Assembly (NCBI RefSeq): GCF_006345805.1
Contig: NC_043007.1
Span: 23,684,001-23,748,000 of the forward strand
Source of the DNA: Octopus sinensis
Lineage: Eukaryota
Length of the DNA stretch: 64,000 bases
Direction: 5' to 3'
This document shows, one piece after another, positions 25,103 through 38,214 of this stretch (its first letter is position 1; each line of letters opens with the position of its first letter). The notes under the pieces are model-generated. The model did no database searches and was not told the DNA's origin. It worked only from the letters and a program-made list of their open reading frames with translations. Made by a program: the position numbers and the translations under genes.

Positions 25103-25507
25103 GAGCAATGCTGGCTTACTTGTAAATTAATGAAACACTCGTCACTTATTCAGTTCCATAGTGCTCCCACTGCATAGACTGGAAGTCTGTACTGTTATTG
25201 TTCTATGGTATCTTGGTTACAGGTTCTCCCTTCTCTTTTTGGTTCATCCTCATCTGAGCTCTGCCCTTTATTATCCTCACACACCTTGTATGTATGACCT
25301 TGGAGAAGGTAATTAGAGCAAGAGGAATTTGAAATGTTAGTTCCCTTGCACAACATGAGATGAACTTAACTGAGAAGCTGTGGTATTTGCAGCTCCTTAC
25401 AACCCATACCATCAGTATGCTCAATTGCAGTTCTCAATATTGAAGAAACAGATTCTTTCATTCCCTTATTCTTTTATTTGTTTCAGTCACTTGACTGCAG
25501 CCATGCA

Positions 25508-25671
25508 GGAGTGGCTGTGTGGTAAGTAGCTTGCTTACCAACCATATGGTTCTGGGTTCAGTCCCACTGCGTGGCACCTTGGGCAAGTGTCTTCTACTAT
25601 AGCCTCGGGCACCCAAAGCCTTGTAAGTGGATTTGGTAGACGGAAACTGGAAGAAGCCCGTCGTATATATG

Positions 25672-25702
<31 letters not shown>

Positions 25703-26177
25703 GTGTATGTATGTATGTATGTGTGTGTATGTGTCTGTGTTTGTCCTCCCAACATCGCTTGACAACCGATGATGGTGTGTTTACATCCCTGTAACTTAGC
25801 AGTTCGGCAAAAAAGATCGATAGAATAAGTACTAGGCTTCCAAAGTATAAGTCCTGGGGTCGATTTGCTCGACTAAAGGCGGTACTCCAGCATGGCCACA
25901 GTCAAATGAAAAATGACTGATGTTGGGACATCACCTTGAAGGGTTTTAATTGAACAAATTGCTCCCGGGACTTATTTTTTAAGCCTAGTACTTATTCTAT
26001 CAGGCTATTTTGCTGAACTGCGAAGTTATGAGGATGCAAATACACCAATACCAGTTGTCAAGCTGTGAGGGGGCAACAAACAAAGAGCCCGAGGCTATTG
26101 TAGAAGACACTTGCCCAAGGTGTCCTTGAACCCAAAACCATGTGGTTAGGAAGCTAACTTCTTGCCACACAGCCACG
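25508..26177. mobile_element. Tail-to-tail family B pair (+ 25508-25911; - 25925-26177)
   Basis: Direct alignment to family B in both orientations. Confidence 0.85.
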
Positions 26178-26193
26178 GAAATATATCATTTAC

Positions 26194-26914
26194 CTTTTAC
26201 TTGTTTCAGTTGCTGGACTGTGGCCATGCTGGGGCACTGCCTTGAAAGGTTTAGTTGAACAAATTGACCTATTATTATTATCTTTTAAGCCTGGTACTTA
26301 TTCGCTTGATCTATTTTGCTGAACCATTAAGTTAAAAGGACATAAACAAACCAACACTAGTTGTTAAGTGGTGGTGGGTACAAACAGATACAAAGATACA
26401 TGTACACACAAACAAACACACAGATAGATACATAGACTGATAGATAGATGAGCTTCTTCTACTTCCTGTTTACCAAATCCATTCGCAAGGATTTAGTTGG
26501 CCCAAGGCTATAGCCTCCAAGGTGGAGGCACAATGGCCCAGTGGTTAGGGCAGTGGACTCGCAGTTAGAGAATCACGGTTTTGATTCCAAGATCAGGTGT
26601 TGTGTGTGTTTATTGAGCGAAAACACCTAAAGCTCCATGAGGCAATGACAGGGGGTGATGGTGACCCCTGTTTTACTCTTTCACCTCAACTTTCTCTCAC
26701 ACTTTCTTCTTGTTTCTTGAGTAACGCTGTGATAGACTGGCATCCTGTCCAGCTGGGGGGAACACATACGCCATAGAAACCAGGAAACCGGGCCCATGAG
26801 CCAAGCTAGGCTTGTAAAGGGCGCATAAATAAAAAGGCCCAAGGTGCCATGCAGTGAGACTGAACCAGAAGCCATATGGTTGGAAAGCCAACTTCTTACC
26901 ACACAGCCACCTCC
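26194..26914 (-). mobile_element. Family B SINE interrupted by a family C SINE (+, 26521-26835)
   Basis: B sequence resumes after the C copy; CCAAGGTG duplicated at both junctions. Confidence 0.8.
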
Positions 26915-27502
26915 TGAGCTCGGTAATATTCAATTAAAATGCTTCAAACAACAAGGCTGAACAACACGATGTCTGTTTAATATTTAAATAGATGTCTAAA
27001 CTGTTTCTATAGATTAGACATATATCTCTCAATAGCCATGTCCATCTTGCTTGCAGACTAATACAATATCTGACAACAGTTCATAACTTAACTAGAGGCT
27101 GCTGGACCACTGTATAATTGATAACTGTTTCAGTGACTTTCAGCACAGCTTGCATTCAGATCCTAGTGTAAGCCAATAGAAGGAGCCTCTACATGGTCAT
27201 TTGATCTGCAAGAAATAGCAGCCTAATCTTGGTCAACTATCTTAAGAAATGAACAGCATATTGGAAAACATAATTCAAGATGTAGACTATATCCGAATAA
27301 AAGAAAGAATTGATATAGCTAGAATACCTATATTTTCACAAGTTTTTCAAGTTGATGATAATAGCTGTTAGTCACATCTGGCAAAAATTTCACTGTTTTT
27401 TAGTTCTCCTGTCTATACTCCACTCAATCAAGGGATCTTATCTTGTGAGTATTTGGTGACCTCACAGTTGCTGATATCATGTAAAAAGCACCTAGTACAC
27501 TC

Positions 27503-27817
27503 TGAAGGCGCATGGCTCAGTGGTTAGAGTGTTGAGCTTACAATTGTGAGGTTGTGAGCTCAAATCCCAGACCAGGCTGTGTGTTGTGTTCTTGAGCAAG
27601 ACACTTTATTTCACGTTGCTCCAGTTCACTCAGCTGTAGAAATGAGTTGCTACGTCACAGGTGCCAAGCTGTATCGGCCCCTTTGCCTTCCCCTTGGATA
27701 ACACTGGTGGCGTGGAGAGGGGAGGCTGGTATGCATGGGCGACTGCTGGTCTTCCATAAACAACCTTGCCTGGACTTGTGCCTGGGAGGATAACTTTCTA
27801 GGTGCAATCCCATGGTC
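27503..27817 (+). mobile_element. tRNA-derived SINE, family C (tail type 2)
   Basis: TGGCTCAGTGG head and CORE-like segment; tail matches 48990-49316 (-). Confidence 0.85.
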
Positions 27818-28971
27818 TGTTGTTGGTATTCAGAAGGGTATCCAATTGTAGAAACTTTGCCAAAGTGAACGTAGGACCTGGCAGAGCTCTTTGGCACATT
27901 TGTTCTTCTCAAACTGTCCAACCCATGCCGACCAAGTATGATGATGATGATGATGGGGCAAGATTTGAACTTATAATGCACAAAGCCAGAACAGTCACCA
28001 CATAGTATCCTATCAGAACCTCTAAAATATCTACTAATTCACCTCCTTGCATTTGACTTGAAAGGACAAAAGGCAAAAATGACCTCTGCAGATCTTGAAC
28101 TCAGAGCACAAAGAATTAAAACAAATACTATGAGGCATTCTGTCCAAAGCTCTAATAATTCTGCCATTCTGCCGATATTCCAATATTCCAATATGCAAGT
28201 CTGCTAGTCTGCTACTTTGCTATACTTCTAAGTTGAAGGTAACAGACATACCTCCCGTACATCAATGACTAGCAGACTCTCACCTCTAGCATAAGTGCAG
28301 GAATGAAATTTACTTTGGTGGGTGCAAACCCAGTTTTTCAGAAGGATGTTCAAAGAGTTTCTGTTGCCCCACAAAAGTCTGTCAACAACGTTCAGCAACA
28401 GGCATGGACAGCCATTTTTGAGAAGTGGACCACATGAGACACAATGGTCCACTTCACCATCAGGCGGGCTGCACCACTAAAAAAGTTTCAAGGTTATTTA
28501 TCATTAGGCATGCCATGCAGAAAATCCAGAGGGAGCAGGTTGCCTATGGGAGTTCTACAACTTCTAGCCCATAAACACATCATGCCCCTTACCCCTCCCC
28601 ACACTCTCTCCCTCCCTGCCTATTTACCGACCCATTCTCTTGATACCACAATGGTCATTGCTCCTCTGAACTTGCATACAGTGGTGTATGGATGTTGCTG
28701 TCACAAGATCTGCTATCATGTTAAGTTTACTACAATGTCCTAAATGTAAACATACAAACTCCAGGCTATTTCTATACTTATGTCTGCAACCCAATTTAAA
28801 TCTTTGTTTCTGAGTGTATATTATTGGATTATTATTACATCTGTGTACTTTTAGATTTGAAAACAAAACAAATTACAAAGGGATTTTATTATAATACTAA
28901 AAGAACAAAATTGCTGGTTTCAAATTTTAGCACAAGGCCAGCAAGTTCAGGGCAATAGGTAAGTGAATTAC

Positions 28972-29201
28972 TATTTCTTTACTATCCACAAGGGGCTAAA
29001 CACAGAGAGGACAAACAAGGACATACAAACGGATTAAGTCGATTACATCAACCCCAGTGCGTAACTGGTGCTTAATTTATTGACCCCGAAAGGATGAAAG
29101 GCAAAGTCGACCTTGGTGGAATTTGAACTCAGAACGTAATGGCAGACGAAATGCAGCTACACATTTCACCCAGCGTGCTAACGTTTCTGCCAGCTCACCA
29201 C
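28972..29201 (-). mobile_element. SINE family A
   Basis: Full-length reverse complement. Confidence 0.9.
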
Positions 29202-29561
29202 CATAGGTAAGTGAATTACATCAACCTCAGTGCTCTACGTATCTTATCAACCCTGAAGCATTGACTATGCAGAGTGGTTGGTGTTAGGAAGGGCATCTAG
29301 CCATAAAGACCTTGCCAAAACAGACACAGTAGCCTGGGGTAGTTTTCTACCTGGCTGGCTCCTGTCAACCATCCTACCTATGCATGGAAGATGGATGTTA
29401 AATGATGATGATGAAGAACGTAAAGACAGATGAAATGCCACTATGTGTTTTGCCTGACAGGCTAACAACTCTGCCAGCTTACTAACTTAAAGAACAGAAT
29501 TATTATAAAGAAAATTTACTATCTTTAGGCACATGGTTCCAGGTTCATTCCCACTGCGTGG

Positions 29562-29659
29562 CACCTTGGGCAAGTGTCTTCTGCTATAGCCTCAGGCCGA
29601 ACAAAGCCTTGTGAGTGGATTTGGTAGACGGAAACTGAAAGAAGCCCGTCGTATATATG

Positions 29660-29714
<55 letters not shown>

Positions 29715-30521
29715 TTGTGTGTGTATGTTTGTCCCCCCAACATCACTTGAAAACCGATGCTGGTGTATTTACGTCCCTGTAACCTAGAGGTTCGGCAAAA
29801 GAGACCAATAGAATAAGTACTAGGCCTACAGAGAATAAGTCCTGGGGTCGATTTGCTCGACTAAAAGCGGTGCTCCAGCATGGTCGCAGTCAAATGACTG
29901 AAACAAGTAAAGAGAGAGACAGAAGCAATGCCCTTAACTATTTGCAGGGACATCCATACTTGGTCAAACAAGAGGGAGAGCTGATTTGAATGCTTTCAGT
30001 AGAGTGGTGCTCTAGATTAAGGTGTATGACCCAAGAACATATTATGGGTTTCTAGAGTTTCCATATTCCCAATGTCATTCAAAAAAGCTTGGGTAAATCT
30101 GAGGCTATGGCAGAAGACATTTGTCCAAGGTGTCATGCACTAAGAATAAATCTGGAACCAAATGGTTGTGATGTTAGATTCCTAACTATATTACCATGCC
30201 TGCAAATACAGGCAGAGAAGATGCCACATCTATTATTGGTAAAGGCCAATATTTGTGAAATGTCCAAATACTTTAGAATGGCAACGAGCAAGCAAAAACT
30301 ATGCTAACAGATTTGATTATGAACTGAAATGAATCAGTTCACCTATGTGAATTTCTGATGTGGCTGTGTGGTTAAGAGGCTTGTTTCCCAACCATGTGGT
30401 CTTGGGTTCACTCCCCCTACAAGACACCTGGGCAAGTGTCTTCTGCTATAGCCTCAGGCCGAACAAAGCCTTGTGAGTGGATTTGGTAGACGGAAACTGA
30501 AAGAAGCCCGTCGTATATATG

Positions 30522-30553
<32 letters not shown>

Positions 30554-31280
30554 GTGTGTGTGTGTGTGTATTTGTGTGTGTATGTTTGTCCCCCCAACAT
30601 CACTTGAAAACCGATGCTGGTGTATTTACGTCCCTGTAACCTAGAGGTTCGGCAAAAGAGACCAATAGAATAAGTACTAGGCCTACAGAGAATAAGTCCT
30701 GGGGTCGATTTGCTCGACTAAAAGCGGTGCTCCAGCATGGTCGCAGTCAAATGACTGAAACAAGTAAAGAGAGAGACAGAAGCAATGCCCTTAACTATTG
30801 CAGGGACATCCATACTTGGTCAAACAAGAGGGAGAGCTGATTTGAATGCTTTCAGTAGAGTGGTGCTCTAGATTAAGGTGTATGACCCAAGAACATATTA
30901 TGGGTTTCTAGAGTTTCCATATTCCCAATGTCATTCAAAAAAGCTTGGGTAAATCTGAGGCTATGGCAGAAGACATTTGTCCAAGGTGTCATGCACTAAG
31001 AATAAATCTGGAACCAAATGGTTGTGATGTTAGATTCCTAACTATATTACCATGCCTGCAAATACAGGCAGAGAAGATGCCACATCTATTATTGGTAAAG
31101 GCCAATATTTGTGAAATGTCCAAATACTTTAGAATGGCAACGAGCAAGCAAAAACTATGCTAACAGATTTGATTATGAACTGAAATGAATCAGTTCACCT
31201 ATGTGAATTTCTGATGTGGCTGTGTGGTTAAGAGGCTTGTTTCCCAACCATGTGGTCTTGGGTTCACTCCCCCTACAAGA
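29562..31280. repeat. Near-identical tandem duplication (units 29562-30424 and 30425-31280)
   Basis: Identical 72-aa ORFs at 30089 and 30945; differences seen are microsatellite length and 1-bp indels; breakpoints at CACCT(T)GGGCAAGTGTCTTCT in family B SINEs. Confidence 0.95.
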
Positions 31281-31679
31281 CACCTTGGGCAAGTGTCTTC
31301 TATAGATCTAGGTGAATGGCCTTGGTAGATAGAAACTGAAAAGAAGCCCAATATATGTGTATATGTATGTCTGTGTATGTGTGTATGTTTGCATGTACCC
31401 TTGTCTAGACATCAAGTGATGGTTGTGAATGAGCATCATTATCATACGAATGAGGTTGATCATTTCCAGCCTTCTGTGGAAAACGTGTTTTGCAACAAGA
31501 AAATTTTCCTTTAATTGGAAGCAGATGAGTGTTGGCAACAAAAAGGGTGTAGAAAATCTACCTTGACATATTCTATTCGATCCATACAAGCATAGACAAG
31601 TGGATGTTAAATGATATTGATGATGAATTAGCAGTCTGAAAAAGAGACAGGCTCTGATTGCTTTTAACAAACAATTACC

Positions 31680-31985
31680 ATCATCATCATGATCGTTTAA
31701 CGTCCGCTTTCCATGCTAGCATGGGTTGGACGATTTGACTGAGGGCTGGTGAACCTGACACCAATCTGATCTGGCAGAGTTTCTAGAGCTGGATGCCCTT
31801 CCTAATGCCAACCACTCCGAGAGTGTAGTGTGTGCTTTTATGTGTCACCGGCACGAGAGCCAGTTTGGTGGTACTGGCAACGGCCATGCTCAAATGGTGC
31901 TTTTTATGTGCCACCTGCACTGGAGCCAGTCCAGCAGCACTGGAAACAACCTCACTCGAATATTTTTTTTACGTGCCACCTAAAG
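31680..31985 (-). mobile_element. Family D element
   Basis: (CAT)n-CGTTTAACGTCCGCTTTCCATGCTAGCATGGGTTGG...GGATGCCCTTCCTAATGCCAACCAC plus GCTTTTTATGTG repeats. Confidence 0.85.
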
Positions 31986-32300
31986 ATGAAATCCTTCTTG
32001 GGGACACAGTGACCCTGGGTCATAAGTGATTAATTGTTTATTTTCCCTCTTGGTTACCGAAACCTCAACAATCAAGAAGCATTTGCAAAACATTGTCTCT
32101 CTCTTTGTGGTTGAAATGTCAGCTACATTCAATAACCTGTGGGCGAAGTGTGATCCACTAAACTAGTTTCATGAAAGCAAATTTTTTAGTGGTGATCTAA
32201 CAATGCATTGATGGTTCTCAAACATTTTTTTGCTGCAGTTATGAAGTTCCATAACAACCAAACAAACTGAGTCAGCAATGTAGTGTCAATTAATTATTAA

Positions 32301-32712
32301 CCCTTTTGTTACTGTATTTATTTTGAGATGATCGGTGTTTCTTTCAATTACTTTAAATATAACAAAGAATTTAGTAAAAACATTTGAGCGAAAACGTTGC
32401 CAGTGCCACTAGACTGGCTCCTGTGCAGGTGGCACATAAAAAGCACCATCTGAGTGTGGCCGTTGCCAGTACCCGACGTAAAAGCACCCACTATACTCTC
32501 AAAGTGGTTGGCGTTAGGAAGGGCATCCAGCTGTAGAAACTCTGCCAGATCGGATTGGAGTCGGGTTCGCCAGACCTCAGTCAAATTCAGTTAGTGCTAG
32601 GAACATAAATTGTGACTAAGGTTTGGTGGAAGAGTTTAATTCAAAACTTATGAAAGCATGATATTTGTACTTAGAGCCAGAGGCGGTTTCAGCCGGTTTG
32701 GTAATGAAAGGG
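32301..32712. mobile_element. piggyBac-type MITE (type 2) carrying a family D insertion (~32382-32586)
   Basis: TTAA|CCCTTT ... AAAGGG|TTAA; body matches 52818-53038. Confidence 0.85.
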
Positions 32713-32829
32713 TTAAGGCCAATTTACTTCATTTATGTAAAGAGGAAACTCCACAGAGCTGCAGCTGTCTTCTAGCTCCTGAAGACTTTATGGTTTAACT
32801 CTTCCATCAACCAAGGTATCAAACTTCCT

Positions 32830-33200
32830 ATGTATCCACCCACGATCATGCTGACAACAACTTTATGCCTGATGGATGTGGAAAAAGACAAGCAGAATAT
32901 ATAAAATGGCAGATGTCTTTCACAAGTTTGCTGTAGACAATACTAAGAATTTCTTGGCATGACCACTTCTTAAATGAAAAAGTCATGGAAAGGGTCGGCT
33001 TGAGTAACCTATGGAATGCTACCATTGTGAGATTGCTCGACCATGTGCCGTGCATGCTCTTGAAGAAATCATTGAGAACCTCTTGAGTGGAAGCCAGAAA
33101 GAGACATAGGAAGTAAAGCAGGCCAGTCAAGAACTGGCTGCGGATTGTGAAAAAAGACCCAGCAGATATGGGCCTAGCCAGGGTGCAGTCTCATAAGATT
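32830..33200 (+). mobile_element. Decayed RTE LINE 3' region
   Basis: ILRISWHDHFLNEKVMERVGLSNL...RPVKNWLRIVKKD, with stops and frameshifts. Confidence 0.65.
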
Positions 33201-33277
33201 TGTGAGTGTGTTTGGTGGGGATCTCTCATTGCTTAGATGCTCCGTGGAAAGTGGGAGCAACTAAGACTATAAAATAC

Positions 33278-33500
33278 CTATTTCTTTACTACCCACAAGG
33301 GGCTAAACACAGAGAGGACAAACAAATGGATTAAGTCGATTATATCGACCCCAGTGCGTAACTGGTACTCATTTAATCAACCCTGAAAGGATGCAAGGCA
33401 AAGTTGACCTCGGCAGAATTTGAACTCAGAATGTAAAGAGAGACGAAATACCGCTAAGCATTTCATGCCACGTTCTAACGTTTCTGCCAGCTCGCCGCTT
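33278..33500 (-). mobile_element. SINE family A
   Basis: Full-length reverse complement. Confidence 0.9.
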
Positions 33501-33793
33501 TAGCCTCTAAAATACCATAAACAGCATAGATAAAACTAAGACATTCATAATACCATTTTTCCTTCCATGATTGTAACTCCATCCATTCAAAATCTGTAAC
33601 CTAAAGAGGTCACATATGCATCACAAGACATGTAATGCCACATTCCATCTTACTTGGTCTTCAATCATTCTGATTCCTGAACAATTTGGTATTGTACTTG
33701 AATTTGACTGTGCCATCATGTTGTAATTCAATAGGAAGATAACCTAGCAATGTATTTTCTCATTCCAGTTGTGGATGGTTGTTGGCATCTGCT

Positions 33794-34014
33794 TAAGGCG
33801 GCGAGCTGGCAGAAACGTTAGCACACCGGGCGAAATGCTTTGCGGTATTTCGTCCGCCGCTGCGTTCTGAGTTCAAATTCCGTCGAGGTTGACTTTGCCT
33901 TTCATCCTTTTGGGGTCGATAAATTAAGTACCAGTTACGCACTGGGGGTCGATGTAATTGACTTAATCCGTTTGTCCCCTTTGTGTTTAGCCCCTAGTGG
34001 GTAGTAAAGAAATA
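33794..34014 (+). mobile_element. SINE family A
   Basis: Full length, near consensus. Confidence 0.9.
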
Positions 34015-34110
34015 GGTTGTTGGCTTCTGCTTTTGAGATGTTTTATTATAAATGTTACTTGGTACCCACATTACACCCTTCTCTGCCAGTACATTGAGTG
34101 AGGATAAGAG

Positions 34111-34276
34111 CAGTGCTGTCTTAAGGCAGGGGCACACTGGGCAGTTACCTGGGATCTTCACAGCTCCAGGAGCCAATTTTAATCTGTGTACTGGGGCTTG
34201 CTATCAATAAATAAATACTATAGGATCCAGTGCATTGATTTACTTGGTGTCTTATAATGCTGCTAAGAGGGCCCTG
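34111..34276. mobile_element. hAT-type MITE
   Basis: CAGTGCTGTCTTA ... TAAGAGGGCCCTG termini; 8-bp TSD GATAAGAG / GATGAGAG (7 of 8). Confidence 0.75.
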
Positions 34277-35037
34277 GATGAGAGATCCAGTTTAGTCTCT
34301 GACTATTAAGACATATTGGGGTAGCAGAAATATTAAAGTTTCGAGATAAATGCATTACATTATTTAGTTTCCTCTCACTTGAACTAAATTAAAATATTTT
34401 ATTTTCTTAGAATTCATGGGATAGCAGTAATACATTGGTGATAATTTAATTGAATCTACTGTATCCCTGTCCTTGCAAAATATTGGTCTTGGATGTTGTC
34501 AGAAGAAACCAATAATTTGCAAACATTGGGACAGTTGAGTTGAACTGGGAAAAATATATGTCACTATTTAGTTGCCTTCATATACACAGCATGTCCAGAT
34601 ATTGCCTTTGATCAAAGTGGGGTCAATAAGTATCAACTTCCGGGCTACAAGTGGGATCGTCTCCACCAACTAGACATCTCCAATCATTCATTGCTTCTTG
34701 CCATGTCAAAAAAATGCCACATCTAAAGATTGTGGGTGAAGTGGCAGAAATAACATAACCAAATTAAATGCATTAGTATTTAGCTGTTACTAACTCTGAT
34801 CGAGCAGACCCATGGTCAAGAACAATCCAGTCATGGCCTTCCTGGGTTTTTAGGGCCATGTAATAGTACATGAACGAACGTGTCGTTTCCTTTTTAGGTT
34901 TTATTTCCAGCACAGCAAACGCCTACGTATAGGCTCCCACAGTTGTATCCTTCTGTTTTGTGTTCAGATTTTCATAGCTTTCACTGCTGAATCGAATACA
35001 TCCCATAAATATAGCTTGGAGAGTTGTTTTCATGTAG

Positions 35038-35143
35038 GAAAAGTCAGCTCGACGAAGTCTTTAGGTGTCTCATAGACCCAATAACCCATGATGGTACCCC
35101 GCTATTATCAGGCATTCCGAACATTGAAATGTTGGCAGAAAAT
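35038..35143 (+). CDS. Candidate coding exon of an unidentified gene
   Basis: TTGTTTTCATGTAG| acceptor, |GTTAGT donor, open phase-1 frame KSQLDEVFRCLIDPITHDGTPLLSGIPNIEMLAEN; protein not recognised. Confidence 0.2.
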
Positions 35144-36144
35144 GTTAGTTTTTTTTTTTCTCCACAAGAATTTGCCTGTCATATTACGTATGAAATACTC
35201 CAAGATGAAGAGAGAATATAAAAACAAATAAAAAACGCCCTTTCATTTCACCTAAAATAAATAATGTTCCCCCCCACAAAGGAATCTATTTTATTTAGAA
35301 TCGAAAGATGTAATCATTTCTTTTTGAGTAGATAGCTACAAGACATTATTTAGTTGACAGAATCAATCCCGGTAAATGACTGATATATATACTCCATCAA
35401 CGCCAAAGAGATGTCAGATACAGTCGTAATAGAAACAAGATTTGAACTGAAAGCCATAAAACTAAATGTGGCAATGACGCTTTTCTTTCTCGGCCAGACC
35501 AAACGCTTATATGGAAGAGTAAAACAAGAAGAAAAATCATAATGATTTTGTTTTGTTGACAAATTTATAGAGGAAAAGGATAGCAGATTAGATCGACTCG
35601 TATATACTATTGGTATTTAATTTACCCCGGGTGTTATTATCCTCGGGGGGAGACGAAAAGCAAATAACAATATTATCATAATTTGAATCCAAAACGTAGA
35701 ACAGTAAACTAGCAAAGGGAATTTAGTACTGCGTTCTACAGTTTGTTACAAGGCTTATCATCAAAAACACCGTCATGTCGCCGAAGACTGGTTTTTTAGA
35801 TTCGCTTGTACGACATTCCTGAAAATAACGTCGGTAACAAATCGTGTTTTTTTTTTTTTTTTTTCCTCTCTAAGTTCTTTAGGGGGTGGGGGTGGGGGGA
35901 ATGCAATTGAGTCGGATAAACTAATCGAGTAAAAAAAAAATAAAAAAGAGAGAAAAAAAATATATATAATAGATATAGATATATATTTTTTTCTGTTTTT
36001 TCTCTGAAGTAAATTATTTTTAAGAAGATATATATATTAGTAAACAGAAAAAAAAAATGTGATGTGTGTGTTAGAGCCATCTTACACAACAACGACAAAT
36101 ACCAATTATATACATGAAGCGGGGTGGGGAGGAAACACAACCAC

Positions 36145-36185
<41 letters not shown>

Positions 36186-36240
36186 TATATATGTGTGTGA
36201 AGTGAATTAACGAACGCTCCCTTGTTAATTTATAACTTAC

Positions 36241-36505
36241 GCCTTCTTTGCCCAAGCGCGCCTCCTCCTGGCTTGGATTGTTTCCCCTTAGTTAGTTTAT
36301 GTCACTGTTGAGCATCCGTAGCGCGGGCTTAAAGAGCGATCTGGTAAACGTTATTTATGCTGCTTTTTTTTTTTTTTTTTTTCGGTCGAGTTGACGCTGT
36401 CTGCGCAGGCGAGTTGCGCAGTGCCTGTTTTGGCTGAGGCTTCAACAGTAAATAGCTATTTTCTGGAAACTTTTTTCTGGGGCCAGGCCTTATATTTAGG
36501 TAGGT
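36241..36505. promoter_or_regulatory. Candidate (possibly bidirectional) CpG-rich promoter with first-exon donors on both strands
   Basis: NRF1-like TGCGCAGGCG (36402-36411) and TGCGCA (36415-36420); minus donor GGC|GTAAGT at 36240; plus donors AG|GTAGGT (36500) and AG|GTAAAG (36504). Confidence 0.45.
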
Positions 36506-37044
36506 AAAGGTGTAATATCCGAATATCAAACTGCATTTTTCGACGCCCTTAACCATTCGTTACATGTCTTATTATTATTATATGTGGATGTCTGTGTTTT
36601 AGCTTAGGCTGCTCCGTTTTTGTATGTATTTTATTTTATTTTCGAAAGCTTTAAATCGTCGTCTCTTCTCTTCACTTCTCTGCTTTTGCTTGTCTTTTCC
36701 GCTTTCTCGCCTTGGCGACCCCCACCAACGTCTGATTCTATCTAAAGACGAGGAAGGGGAGTATTAACTCTTTATTTCCCTTCATTTTAAATACAATATA
36801 TACTTATCTACACATTAATATATATACATACATACACATATATATATAATATGTTAGGTAATGTTCACTGTTTGTATGTATTTGTAGACTGACTGACTCT
36901 TTTTCTACTGTATTGTATTGCTTAACGAGGTAGGAAGGGGATATTTTTCTACATTTGTGTACTGCTTGTATATGTGCCTATATAATACTCACACACACAA
37001 ATACCACACAATGTATGTAGAAATATATATATATATATATATAC

Positions 37045-37167
37045 ATACACAGGCATATATGTTCATTGTATCACCAGTGGAGCATACATATATGTATGTG
37101 TACATATTACCTTAACGTATATATATACCACGGCGGGAGCCAGCTGCAATTAGCACTTATGTGAGTG

Positions 37168-37213
<46 letters not shown>

Positions 37214-37340
37214 ATACATACACAGGCATATATGTTCATTGTATCACCAGTGGAGCATACATATATGTATGTGTACATATTACCTTAACGTATATATATA
37301 CCACGGCGGGAGCCAGCTGCAATTAGCACTTATGTGAGTG

Positions 37341-37345
<5 letters not shown>
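37045..37345. repeat. Tandem duplication of ~125 bp unique sequence between (TA)n tracts
   Basis: ACAGGCATATATGTTCATTGTATCACCAGTGGAGC...GAGCCAGCTGCAATTAGCACTTATGTGAGTGGG occurs twice, apparently identical. Confidence 0.95.
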
Positions 37346-37381
<36 letters not shown>

Positions 37382-38214
37382 GTATGTAAAACATACGTGA
37401 GTGGGGTATTTGTGTGTGTATATATTATATATGTATATATGTGTGTGTATATGCACATAGTGTTGTGTATGTGTTATGTACGCATATATTTATTGAGTGA
37501 TTATGAAAGTATGTATATATATATTATATATATGTGTATATAATTATGTGTAAACTGCTGAATGGCAATCTTTAATATATTATTATCGATGTATTTCAGC
37601 TTCTGTGTTTGTAACATCGTCTTCCCCCCTTTGCTTTTACACTGACTGCTCCCCTCATGACGGCCACTGTTACTCGAGATACACTTTTCCTCTGTGTATA
37701 TATATATATATATATTTTTTTGTTGCCTTTTCATTTCATTACACTTTCTGGCCGACACTAAGGAGGTTCCGTACATATTTTCTAATTGCTATTACTACTC
37801 GTCTTTTTTTTTTTTTTTTTTTAATTTCTCCCTTCTTTCTGTCGGGTATTAGTGAGTCAGACAGGGTTAATTAAAAAGCTCCTCTCTCTCTCTCTCAAAG
37901 CTCCCCCCCGACCTGCTACTAATTGTAACAGTTACTACCACTACTGGTCACCATATATAAAAACATCCACTCACTCTTGTCTTATGTCTTTCTATCTATC
38001 TATCTGTCTGTCTTTCCTCTCTGTTTCTCTCTACCAATGTCGTCTAATCCTTTAGAATCCCCCGACGTTTATTCCTTTTAAAAATCTCTAATTCTCCACC
38101 ATCCGTCTCTTTCCTTTTTAAATTACATTAACATAATTTTACACACATACACACACAATCCTATATATTCATATATATATAGTCTATATCTGTATGCTAT
38201 GATAACTGTATTAT

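Noticed and set aside
28422-28456. 11-bp hairpin GAAGTGGACCA...TGGTCCACTTC
   Set aside because: Short and isolated, no TSD or second copy; plausible by chance.
33553-33720. Two-exon minus-strand start MMAQSNSSTIPNCSGIRMIEDQ|VTDFEWMELQSWKEK
   Set aside because: Needs a 53-nt intron and weak outer splice sites; peptide not recognised.
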